A DNA stretch of 64,000 nucleotides, taken from NCBI RefSeq assembly GCF_964204645.1, contig NC_134026.1, positions 4,239,950 to 4,303,949 of the forward strand, read 5' to 3'. Positions 1 to 62,244 of this stretch are shown here, piece by piece (the stretch's first letter is position 1; each line of letters opens with the position of its first letter). The position numbers were made by a program, and so were the translations under genes. The DNA is from Tubulanus polymorphus (lineage: Eukaryota > Animalia > Nemertea). The notes under the pieces are model-generated. The model ran no database searches and was not told the DNA's origin. It saw only the letters and a list, made by a program, of their open reading frames with translations.

Positions 1-1157
1 TTTTCATTTATGTACACTTTTTCACAACGTAAGGTATATATTTTCTTTGTCAACAGAAGAGTTATTAGTTCCTAAGTTCAAGTTCATCTTGACGAAGAAG
101 TATTTTTAGGAGGCCCAACATTCGACATGAATAGCACATTACGTTTGCTGCACACGGAAACAGTGATCGGGGGGAGTTTGATCCAGCACCCAACTTCCTT
201 CGAACCATATCACTTGGAAGTATAATGCAATCATGCAAACACTGCTCTCAACTACCATCTGCCGAGAGGTATATTGTAGCATGATAAATGAAGATGGCAA
301 TGTTGAGATGTGTAGGTTATCAGAGTGACTTAGAAAACCCATATGAAAACTATTACGCAAAAATGAAATATATAATGTATACAGTATAAAATCATAGATA
401 TATTGAAAATTTTATAGATGTTCCATGAGAAAAAAAGTATGAATAGCACTAGAAATCAAACTTATGTAGCAGCTTGATTATATATCTATAAATATTGAAT
501 ATATATATATATATAATGAAAGATGTTTGGTTAGGATGAATCATCTGTAGTGCAAGATACGAGACTTTTGTCATTTAATGCCTTACCATCTGGATTGTTT
601 TCTTCTGTATTGTGTGCAGATGAGTGTAATGATTTTGATAACGATAAAATAATAATAATAATAATATACGTGAATCATAATTGAGTTATTTTTCAAGCAT
701 TAAATTTCATTCAGCAAATTCGTTGCTCAACATGTTGATGTGACAGCGGTTCGAATTTTGACATGGCCGGCATTTAGTGATCGAGTCATCCATAATGGCC
801 ACCATTCAAATGTTGATGCTAAGGGGAACAGAGATTCCCAAATGATGGATACTGGTCTTGCTGCAAGAAATTAAGCAGTATAATTTGTAAAGCTAAGCAA
901 AAGCCATTTCTTAATTTCCTGGGCTTTATTTCACAGACCATATGAAGTCCTGAAATTAAAAATTACATCTCCCGCGCCAGCAATGTAGCTTCGGCAATGA
1001 AATAACGCGCTGAAATCAGCAATTTGAAATCAGTACAAAAAGTACATCAATCGAAGGAAAATCATATACGTATATATATATATATAAATCATCATTGCAA
1101 ATTCGTGCATGATGAATTTTATGTGAAATGTGTTTTGTGTTCTTTGAAATATGTTTA

Positions 1158-50481
<49,324 letters not shown>

Positions 50482-51668
50482 ATTTACAATTTCTCTATTA
50501 ATTCCACGATTTATGTATGTATATTTAAACTAGGTTGACAATCTACATGGTAAATGCGTAACTTTATCCCATTTCTATCCGAAGCGCGACCGTTCGACAG
50601 CGATTCCAATCACCAACTGATTGTGCGCGCTAGTAGCGAGTACTGTTATTGGGTTTACCGCATTGCTGCTAATGCAACATTCATGAAAGTACTTTATTCC
50701 TCATATGAAGTACTAGTTTTGAAGTTGTTTGCCGCTAAAACATTGAATCCAAATATAGTTAAGTTTCCCTGTAATCAAATTTGATTTTGGTAAAGTGCAT
50801 CTCTGTCCAAAACATCCATTTCGTGATTACCAGTTTTTGTTTTTAGTATCTATTTTGAAAATCGTGACAATAAACTAGTAGCGTAAACGTGAATCAGTTT
50901 ATGATTGAACGGCGGTACAAAAACTTGGGAACTTTTTAACTGAATTGTACGTTTATCATTTTCCAACTTAACTATTTTGTACCAAATCTATTCACTGTAC
51001 GATTCTAAGGCTTTTGGCTTTGTGATTACGGGAGTTACACTTTTTGCAATGAAGCGAAGATGAAAAATAAAGGTTAGTATTTGACTTTATTCCAGGCAAT
51101 TATCAAATACCGGTACTGTTTTTTATTTGAGAGTTTCGTTGAATAATTCACATCATATACCACTCGAAGCAGGAACGCGAAAAATACCCAGTCGTGAGTA
51201 TATCGCTAAGCCAAGAACCGTGCCGTTTTACATCAGAAATGAATCTCAACGGGTCCGAACCTAGGAGGTCATTTCTACCGTTTCCTGTCAGGTCGCAGCG
51301 AAGTCATTTTACGATTTTTTTGGATTTTCACTGTTCTCTCTACATGCGATATCGCCATGATTTCCGTATACATCTCATATCTTCCCCCATAATTTATCAA
51401 GTACATTACACACACAATTCGCAATATAAAAGCTGTTTTATTCCTCTATCACTTTTTTTACTGTTTATGTCACAGGATATTTTCATATGAATCGACCACC
51501 TGCTTCAAAAACATAAGAAAGCACTATAAATTGAGACAACAGATGTTCTTTAATTTAAGATTTTCATTTCTTTGCGTATGGTTGATATTCAATTCATAGT
51601 TTTTATGACCAGGAATATGCGGAATGTAATGAATGGTGAACATGTTTATGATTTAGACAGTCGCGATC

Positions 51669-54340
51669 ATGGGCTGTTCACAGACGGAAGCAGATGAGTT
51701 GAGGATCGGTGGGTATTTATTCCGTTAGTCAACAAATTCAAATGTTTCCCTATCATCCTTCGAAAAAAAGTGAGAAAAAAAGCTTTACGGCTATTTCGTA
51801 ATATCCTATTTTCAGCTGGACAGAATACAAACGATTATCAGAAGGACGGTTCAGAATCGGAGGGAAACTCTGAACCTACCTCGTACAGCGATCAATGGCA
51901 TTTCAATCAGGTAAAGTCATCAGTTTGGAACTGCGTACCTATTTGCGTTGTGGGTGCAGTTAAAAGTTAATCTCGTAAATAATAAGACACTTAGTATGTA
52001 TATCTTAGTATTTATAATCAATATCCACAGAATGAAAGAAATTGTGGACTGGCAAACGGAAGTCATGATCGCGATGAAACAAAAACCTGCAGACAACGCT
52101 TTGTTCACGTCGTTAAGCGAAACATCGTATTATGTTTCCTCATAGTCGGAATCGCTCTAGGGATAGCACTTGGATTCGCTCTAAGATACGCCGACTTGAC
52201 TGACAGGCAGAAGGTTTATTACAAGCTCCCGGGTGATGTTCTTATTTATCTTACGAAATTACTGACATTGCCTTTCGTGGCGTCAATTTTAATTACTAAT
52301 TTCGCAGCTTTATCTTCGCGTTCGTTCATACGGGCTGGCGTTTTAATAGTGGCGTACTATTTCTTAGCCACAGTTCAGGCCGTTTTACTCACCTCAATGG
52401 TTGTAACTGTTTTGACACCAGGAATCAAATTAAACTCATCTTTGCATACCGTTCGTCGATCAAATGACGGTCATTTTACCAGGACCGCCGATACAGTTCT
52501 GGATCTCATCAGGTCGGTGGACAATTTTACAAAATTCAATATAATTTGAAAAGTCGACCTTAAACATAATCGTGTCCCATATGAATGGATTCTTTTATAA
52601 GCTGATATTCCGTCCATGTAGTAGAAACGCTCTTTTTTAACAAACTGCAGGAATATGTTCCCGGACAATTTGGTGGTGGCCACATTCGAACAAACTAAAA
52701 GTGTTGAAGTCACAAGGGGAAGTGGAGCTACTTCGGGTAGGCTACCTATCGCCCGTATATTGTATTTCGCTTTACAATTTACAGCGAAATACAAGATAGG
52801 GAGCGTCTTATGTGAAAATACGGAGCCCTCAGCACGACGCGATGTCCAAGAAACTATAACGTCTGCGTCGGATTGTCCTTTCAGTAGTTGTTGTTGGTAA
52901 ACAAGATGAGATGAACGTCGTAGGCGTAGTTTTCTTCGCGGTCGCACTTGGGATCTCAATCGGTCGCCTGGGTGATAGAGGTCGTCAACTTGTGTCTTTC
53001 TTCGAGTCTTTGATGAGGGCTACAGAGCCACTTGTAATTATTGTTGCCAAGTATGTAAAATGAAATTGTAGAAATATTTTTGTGCGCCAATTTCACGATA
53101 TTCTTCTTGTTTATGACATACAATCTTTCATGTAAGCATTCTAATTCCAGTTATTCTCCAATAGCCATCGTCTTTCTTGTATCATCGGAAATAATAACCT
53201 TTACCGACCCAGTCGAGGCAGTTGAGAAATTGTTTCTCTACATAGCTACAGTGTTTATTTGTTTGGCACTCTACAGCTTAATTTTACTACCTGCATTATT
53301 TGCAATGATTGTACGTGAAAACCCGTACCATTGTATAATCAGCGTTCAAGAGGCACTTATTACTGCGTTTGAATCGGCTTCAAGGTAAGATATATATCTG
53401 GGTCCAGTTGCCAAGAAAAAGAAACACAACCGCCCTTAATAAACCATGACATCTGCATGTTAGACATGGTCCTATAGACAAAGTCAGATAAGATTGATCT
53501 TAGATTAGGATTTATCCTAGATAGACTGTGTAACTGGGCTTTCAATGGAAATATTTCGTTTATTTTCGATTGATAGTTCGATTGCATTGCCGGATACGTG
53601 TAGGTGCCTCGAAAAAAATAGCCGCGTTGACAGTCGTGTGGTAAGATACGTCATCCCGGTCGGGGTCACTATTAATATTGCCGGCACCGCACTCTACGAA
53701 GCTGTCGCCGTGATATTCATAGCTCAAGTAAATGATATTGAAATGTCTCTAGGGCAAGTCATAGTTATCAGGTGAAAAACTTTTTGTCGAATTACCTCGC
53801 ATGAGAACTTCTTAAGTAAATTCATTCGTACATGTAAGAATAATGTGATAAGTGTGTCTTTTTTAAGCTTGACTGTGTCCATGGCGACTTTGGGTTCACC
53901 GGGAATACCCCAGAATTTGCTGACGTTACTCGTTTCGCTAACAGCAGCCGGACTTTCAACGGACAATGCTGCTAAAGTTATTACTGTTGACTGGCTCATG
54001 TAAGCAAGCAATGGACCAAGGAGGTGCGAACCTTCTGGTTAGATTGGTCTGAGTGAAATGCGTTACATCTATTATCTTATGGACCTTTGAACGAACCTTT
54101 TATGGTCCATGGTATCATCAGAATTTCACACGCATTTTTGATGTCATTGGCATTAACTTTAGCAATGTAGAATATTTGCACATTCATTAAGACCAGGCAA
54201 ACAATAATTCTTCTATTTCTTTTAGGTATAGATTTCGGGCTGTGGTAAATGTGTTGACTGATTGCTTTGGAGCAAGGATCCTTCTGAAGTTACTATCACA
54301 GGCTCAGATGGAAGAGATTAATTATACCGAGATTTATTGA
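51669..54340 (+). CDS. SLC1 / excitatory amino acid transporter family protein, divergent (9 exons, about 514 aa)
   Basis: Exons 51669-51708, 51816-51910, 52031-52512, 52651-52736, 52885-53050, 53151-53384, 53577-53771, 53868-53999 and 54226-54340 join in frame. Motifs include [45 protein letters not shown] and VDW. The first two exons are the least certain. Confidence 0.88.
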
Positions 54341-54470
54341 TTTATAAAATAAAAAATTAAGTTTAAAAGAAGCAATTAAACTTTAGAATTAATCGCCCAT
54401 GAGTCCATGATTGTCTTAAGGCGGGCGTAGGTCGGCCTTGCGACGGCTTGCGACTCACTTGATTGTCTTA

Positions 54471-54803
54471 AGGCGGGCGTAGGTCGGCCTTGCGACGGCT
54501 TGCGACTCACTGCGACGCGACTCACTGCGACCGCCAGCGACGATCGCGTCGCAACGACTCGCCGACTTACGCTACCTGCCAGCGACGGGTTGCGACTGCT
54601 AGCGACAACAGTCGCAATGAGTCGCACATGTTCTACTTTCTGCGACGCGACACGTCCGTCGCAACCGACCAGCGTGCTGTTGCGAATGGCAGCAACTAGT
54701 CGCGCACACAGTCACTGATAACCGCATCGCAACCGACTTGCGCGGCCACTTGTGACGCAACGCGACGATCGCGTTGTGTCGCAAGGCCGACCTACGCCCG
54801 GCT
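54471..54803. mobile_element. MITE, PIF/Harbinger-like, TTA target duplication
   Basis: About 26-bp TIRs (aggcgggcgtaggtcggccttgcgac / gtcgcaaggccgacctacgcccggct), TTA on both flanks, and internal gcgac subrepeats. Confidence 0.85.
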
Positions 54804-55063
54804 TTAGGTAGGCCTTTGGGTGACATCCAGAGATTGTCTGACAACCTCGTCCGTGTAATGTAAAAAACGAAATAAATCTAATAGATGGCAGCAGAGTTTT
54901 CTAGTACTAAAGGAGGATAACCATTGGTGAAACGCATGTCAATTTTGCGATCAGAGGCAACATACTAGGTACATGTAATTGAGAAATAAGCAAACTAGGG
55001 GTATTATTTCAGGATGTAACTGCATTTGTAGTATTGTACTGGTACCTCCAGATAATCTATTAA

Positions 55064-55342
55064 CAGGGTGGCCATTTTTCACCCATTTACAAATCCCTTC
55101 CCCGATTTTCCCATGTGATTAACATTTAATTCCCGGAGTGAATCAGAGAAATTTCGTGGTTCGAGATGTTACAATTAATTCATTTTTCATTGAATCGTGT
55201 ATTGATAACGAAACACGTGGTCAATAGCATTATCCGAATACCCTGAGTTTTCTAGGTTTTTGGGTGAAATATATCAAATTCCCTGTTTTTTTTCTAGACT
55301 TTTCTGATTCCCCGAGTTTTCCAGGTCGGTGGCGCCACCCTG
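55064..55342. mobile_element. hAT-like MITE
   Basis: Termini cagggtggc / gccaccctg with internal ttccc subrepeats. TSD not evident. Confidence 0.6.
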
Positions 55343-56197
55343 TACAATATGAAGCAGTATAAATATCAGAACATACCTGCAAATCAATAATCAAATCTAA
55401 GACATAACTGAATTTTTGAATATTAACTTTATTTTCATTACAGTTTTTAATAACATGCCACAAGTAAATGATCAATTTTCATTATATAACATTTCAATTG
55501 AAGTTTAACACACATAAATATGCATTTAAGAAGGTGAAACCCATCGAACTAAGGATGGAGAATCATAAATTACACACATAATGAATTTTATTTCAAAACA
55601 TTTTTTTTTAACACAAAATTACTACTAGTTTATTAATGATCGGCAAACAGGTTTAACTGTGACTGCAATAAAGACAATTCATAAGACAATTTAACTGCAA
55701 TAAAGACAATTTACGCTGTAAAAATCGAGTTAAAGACTATTATACATTTCTAGCAACATTTCGAAATTTTTCTTTCTATTTAATTTTAGTACAGCCAATA
55801 GACTCCGCTCAATTCAGACCTTTGGACAATTTCGGGAAAATTTGTACATCCTGACTAAAAATGAGTTGTATAAATCATCAAAAATACATCCTCTATATAT
55901 TTTTTATTTCAAATAGGCCTCACAAACATTCGAGTTTTAACAGTAATCTGAGTTGATTGGATGCGACTTGAGTCGAGTGAATTGCTTTATATGGGGCTAC
56001 ATGGTTTGAGAGAATCGAAAATATCTCTTCTCATTTTTCTAGGTCACCTTGATTACGATGATTGCACTTTTAAAGCTTTCAATAAACGCGAGCAAACAAG
56101 TTCATCTTCAATAAGAACAAATCTATTATTAAGCTTAACCCAGAGTGAATTCGACCAAACTCTTTTAAGAAGCCGACTTACATATTAAGCTGATTAA

Positions 56198-56611
56198 CCC
56201 TTTCAGTGCGTATACACTGCAGTGCAGTGTATGAATCGGTGATGGATTTTGCTAGTACACCGCACTGCGGTGTATTGGTGTAATTAGTTTTTATCTCTAT
56301 TGAAAGATGGCAGCACCTGTCAAACATGAAATATTAGTTACTAACGATACACTGCACCGCGGTGTAGACGCACTATGGTGGTATTCCCGTTATTCAACAC
56401 ACTAGGGCGGAATTTTTCAAAATTTTCAAATTATCTCCAAGGGCCAGTTGCACAGTCGTGACTTAAGTCAAAAAGTTGTCTTAAATCTTAAGACTGGTCT
56501 TAAGTTGTTAGATTGGCTATAGAACTAAGTTGGTCTTAGACTGGTCTTAAGTCTAAGCCATGACAACCGGCCCCAGCACTATAGGGTATTAATTAGTCAG
56601 CAATGAAAGGG
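56198..56611. mobile_element. piggyBac-like MITE
   Basis: TTAA|CCCTTTCAGTGC ... GCAATGAAAGGG|TAAA with internal acaccgcactgcggtgt palindromes. Confidence 0.7.
56441..56573. mobile_element. same MITE family (copy 2), nested in a piggyBac-like MITE
   Basis: Shares attggctatagaactaagttggtcttagactggtcttaagtctaagccatgac with copy 1. Confidence 0.85.
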
Positions 56612-56639
56612 TAAAGGTAAAATGATCAAAAAGTAAAGA

Positions 56640-57792
<1,153 letters not shown>

Positions 57793-58250
57793 TATTTTGT
57801 ATCAAGGTCAATGATGAAGGCGACATCAACCAGCCCTACCCAAACTTCGAACGATCAACTGACCGGCGCCTCTAGGCCTACTCTAGTGAATTGAATAAAG
57901 AAGAGTAGGTTTAAATATCATATATACTAGGCAGTAAATATCTAAAAGGTGAGAAACGAATAATGTGCAACCTATAGTAGTATAGAAAGAAAGACCTATT
58001 AGATTTTACGAATAGGCTTTGCAGAAAAAAGAAAGTCTCATTCTCCTCAGTTCATCTTCAGTCCAGACGGAGGGTCGACAGAACATCTATGATATATGCT
58101 TGCGTATGTTACTTACAAATGATACACGCAGGACTTCAACAGTTTTAACCCATCAAAACCCAAAACATCATGGAGGAGTTTGTTTTTCTTGTCAGCTGAG
58201 TCACGCGAATTCTAGCGACAGTTTCTACCGTTAGAGCGGTCGCTAAAACA

Positions 58251-58290
58251 CAAAGTCAAAGTCAAAGTCAAAGAAACTTTATTGATCCGT
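58251..58290 (-). repeat. (CTTTGA)n tail preceded by AATAAA, likely 3' end of a non-LTR retroelement
   Basis: Minus strand reads caataaagtttctttgactttgactttgactttg. Confidence 0.4.
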
Positions 58291-59207
58291 GTGAATACAA
58301 CTCGGTCGGTTCGACGCCCCGGACTGATCAGTACAATAAAGGTATACAAAAAATAACAAGCAAACAATAAACGAAGAATTTTATACCAATTGCTTGATAA
58401 AGATCTCGAAAGTAATTTGGCACATTTCTAGTTTTCCTGGGAAACTTGTCCGATGGTATCCTTTACGTTGTTGGATTTTTCGACGATTAGAAAGTTTTAA
58501 CGTGAATCATATTCTTAAGCAACAATTATAGAAAATGCCAGATTACGAAAATGAAAGTAAAATTTATCATTGTGAAAATTATAGTGTGCGAATTTAATTT
58601 CTATATCCGAGAGCTATCATAGGACACTCCGCGCTACGATCAGAAATCAATCGCGGACTAGTCAGCCTTACGTTACCTTTGTCTTATTAACCACGCATGA
58701 TTATAAGTTTGGCATCGATCATGATTCCATGTAGGCCTACGTATAAGGCGTGGTTGACAATAACGGGCAAGATTAAATCTTGAAAATTACACGACTGGAT
58801 TAAGAATTTACTGTTTACAATTTAAGGTAAGTAAAAAACTGTGACGTTGGTGTCAGACTAGTAACAAAATTATCGAAACTGGTTTTAACTACTAGTTATA
58901 TAACTTAGATACGAGGGCACGAGATTTGGGAAACTGAATAATTGTCTTCGACCACCATAAGACAGCTACTTTGAAAAATGTATAGGCCTATGCATATAAA
59001 ACGGATACTCATTGAGTATTGGGACTATTTTTGTTATTGGTAAGTTTTGGCTCTGCTGTACAGCCTTATTGCTATAGGTGTGTCCTTCACATTCAATTTG
59101 TATTAAAGGTGATTTAACGTGTTTTTGCGTATTGTAATTCGATATGAAAATGAATTCATGCATTCATTTGGGACTTATAATATATATATTTTATTTTGAG
59201 GGAAGTA

Positions 59208-59957
59208 ATGCCGCCAGTCCTATCGAAACGGTCAGAAGTCATTATTCGACATGATTCCTACAACAATTCAACTTCCAAAGACGATAAAAATGACTATTTC
59301 ATCGTGCCAAAACTATCGGAGGAGAACATTTTAAAAGAGGTAGAAATATTTTGTGCTAATTCGACTCTTCCGACACCGGACGGTCATTCGGACGTCGACG
59401 CCTTCATATACATTCTCATCGTGTTGATGTTCTACGGATTGGTGATGACGTATTTGATGATCAAATATATACGCCGCGAACAGGAAGAGGCGCGTTTGGA
59501 TTACTATTACAACGAGTTCGTGAAACGGGAAAACTTTCAGAGTTTGAACCGTCACAAATACCAAACGACCATACTGAAGACTATCGTCAAAGGCTACGAC
59601 GAACCGATCGAAACGACCCCGTTGTCGACGCTGTACAATGAAGCTAGATATATCGCGCATAATCACTCTCCTGATCAGATATTTATGTTTTATATGCAAA
59701 CAGCGAACCAAGACCCGTCGCCATCGGATGTCGATATCGTACTTCCCCAATTAACATACTCGAATACGGAAGATTCGATCGTGTCAATGGTCGGGAAACA
59801 CGAGCGTCGGTGCTCTGTGTTTCACGCCAGCGCAGAACGTTTATTGGGCGCTCAGAATTCAATTCTCGCCGGTAGGCGGGCAAGTTTTAGAGAAGGCTTG
59901 GGCCACACTCTCAGCGTTAGCATTAGCGACGACACAAGTCGAGAAACGTTTCTGTAA
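59208..59957 (+). CDS. single-pass membrane protein, KCNE/MinK-like TM and juxtamembrane segment (249 aa)
   Basis: Intact single-exon ORF with N-terminal NxS/T sequons and one hydrophobic helix (FIYILIVLMFYGLVMTYLMIKYIRR). A likely 5'UTR intron acceptor sits at 59200. Confidence 0.75.
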   Translation: MPPVLSKRSEVIIRHDSYNNSTSKDDKNDYFIVPKLSEENILKEVEIFCANSTLPTPDGHSDVDAFIYILIVLMFYGLVMTYLMIKYIRREQEEARLDYYYNEFVKRENFQSLNRHKYQTTILKTIVKGYDEPIETTPLSTLYNEARYIAHNHSPDQIFMFYMQTANQDPSPSDVDIVLPQLTYSNTEDSIVSMVGKHERRCSVFHASAERLLGAQNSILAGRRASFREGLGHTLSVSISDDTSRETFL

Positions 59958-60675
59958 ATAGCGTTTTGATGAAATCATGATGAAGATTATTGAAGGCAAC
60001 ATGACAATAAAATTCTCATAATGTACATTATTTTCTTGGTAATTTGTTGCCTTAATTAGGTCTATATACACATATATATTCAACCTTTTGGACAATTTAA
60101 GATTTACTCACGATCTTCATCAACTTCTGAGGAAGGAAACTATGACTCTAGGAACTACAATAGGAACTATAATAATCATCTAATCTTAGGGCGTATATCA
60201 TTCATTAATTGATTAAATGAAGTATATCTGCAAACTGTATGATCAATCAATATATTCACGGTAAATTAGTAAGATCTATCCTACTGTCAAAAGCAAAAGA
60301 AATCAATCCCTCATGTCCACGTGCATCTTAAACGATGACGCTTGGAGTATTGCGGAGTCAAGAAATTAGATCCATTCATATGAAAAAAAAACATGCAAAG
60401 AATGTTAAGCTAAGTCACAGTTTATTGCATGGATATAAGCGATATACATTTTTTGTTTCTACCATTTAAGCTGAAAACCAATTCAAGCAAAAGTGTGCAT
60501 TGTAGCTGTGACCAATTAGGATAACTACAGTGATTTAGGGTGTTAACGGAAAATAACGTAAAATAACGGAAGCAAATGTCCAATGTTTGTTAAACCAAAA
60601 ATTAACGAATCAAAATGTCCCAACGCAAGATTAAAAACAAGTTAGAAAGTTTCCGATCCGCCGCATAATGTACGT

Positions 60676-61176
60676 CTAGTTTTCACAAACTTCCACATAT
60701 TGATCTCGCCATTTCTTGCCATAATAGATTTGAATGGCCATCAGCCCGACTTGCGCAGCACTTGCCATAATAGCAGCTCCGAGGACCGCATCGATGACGT
60801 GGTGCAAAGCCACGATTTTCCTCACCATGAACCAATTGTTTGGATCGGCAAACGATTCGTGTAACAGCGAAATCTCCACTAGATAGATGATGAATAAGAT
60901 TAGATTCAAAACGTACAAGGCCAAGCCGAAAGCGAACGCTACGCTCAGCAATTTCGTTGCCTTAGTATTGACCGCGTAGATTATAGTGACCGAGAGGATG
61001 ATGCTTATCACTGGTGAAAATGTCTGGTATGCGAGATTGTAGTGAAATACGTGGAGCACGATTTCAAATGCCAAACTGATGCTGGCCAGAAACACTTCAA
61101 ATATGGCGATAATTCCTAATATTCTGGCAATTCCATCAGCTGACGACTGAGATTCTTTATCAAATCCTTCATACAT
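60676..61176 (-). CDS. small multi-pass (about 4 TM) membrane protein, 166 aa, family not recognised
   Basis: ATG-initiated intact ORF with four hydrophobic segments and coding-like GC content. An AATAAA is present downstream on the minus strand near 60421. Confidence 0.7.
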   Translation of the reverse strand: MYEGFDKESQSSADGIARILGIIAIFEVFLASISLAFEIVLHVFHYNLAYQTFSPVISIILSVTIIYAVNTKATKLLSVAFAFGLALYVLNLILFIIYLVEISLLHESFADPNNWFMVRKIVALHHVIDAVLGAAIMASAAQVGLMAIQIYYGKKWRDQYVEVCEN

Positions 61177-62244
61177 CTTGGTAGTCTAGAATATATGATT
61201 TCGCATTTACCAAACAAAGCAAGTCATAATCATAATAATAGGTTAAGTCATATTTGCAACACTGTAAATACATATTGTTTTTCGTGTTAACATTTTCAAA
61301 AAATTGTCATCAAGTAGTTGCCATAGTAGGCCTATACATTTTTATACTTACTGCTCGGAATTTCACTGCGCGGCGAGTACATTGAGTCCCGAATTGAAAA
61401 ATGGGGGAGAACTGAGACTGTGGCACGTTCGTACCAATCTGAATCAATTGAAATGTTTTTCATTAATCGCATTATTTATAAGCTCGGATTAAGTTTCGAT
61501 GTATGAATGTAGACAGATCAGTTTTAAAATCTAATCTTTGAGGACGTAATATCTAAGACTGTAGAGGAACAGGTGTGGTCGCCATCTTAAATCACTTTAA
61601 AATGATTTTGATCAAAAGACTCCACGCACACCCACATGCGCCGTCCACCGAGTTGTTTTCACGGATTCAGCCCTTAACTCCAATTGTTAGGCTTTACTTA
61701 TTTTCCTAGGTGTAGGAATTACTAAATTTTTTCACTTTCTTTGATTTCTGGGCAAACGGCAGATGAAATATTTACTGTACAAACTACTACGTGTAACTGT
61801 ACCATCTGCGCATAGTATTATGAATAAATTCAGTAAAGTATCAAGTCCTTGTCCACCGATCCAAATTTAGGTTTTTTGGACTTTACACTTAAGATCTTTA
61901 GGTGCATTGAGCGAAAGGATCCAATCAGGATATATCCAAAATTATAATCATTTGGGACTTCAGCAAAAAATTGTATTTCGAATACAAGGGACAGACAACG
62001 AATGATAAAATGTGACTCATTAGACCTTTCCTTACGCAGAGGGCACTTGTCCATCATCGGACAGGCACAGGAACTGGACGTTGAAAATACGGTTTCTTAC
62101 GAGACCGTCAAGTGGCGTCACTTGACACATGATTAGCGGCGTAGAAGTGAACTAACTTGTCCGGATAATATTCGGTCTGCGGCATGCGAGTAAGTTAGGT
62201 CGGGGTTTTACGGTTACGACAAATACAGATCTCAATCGCGCGAT

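Noticed and set aside
52655-52900. Apparent frameshift or premature stop in the EAAT-like gene
   Set aside because: A phase-1 intron at 52737-52884 (gtaggc...tttcag) restores the frame, so this is not evidence of a pseudogene.
54376-54844. Four overlapping Arg/Ala/Thr-rich ORFs
   Set aside because: They come from the GC-rich MITE subrepeats and are not genes.
59331-59750. 139-aa minus-strand ORF
   Set aside because: It is the antisense shadow of the 59208-59957 coding sequence.
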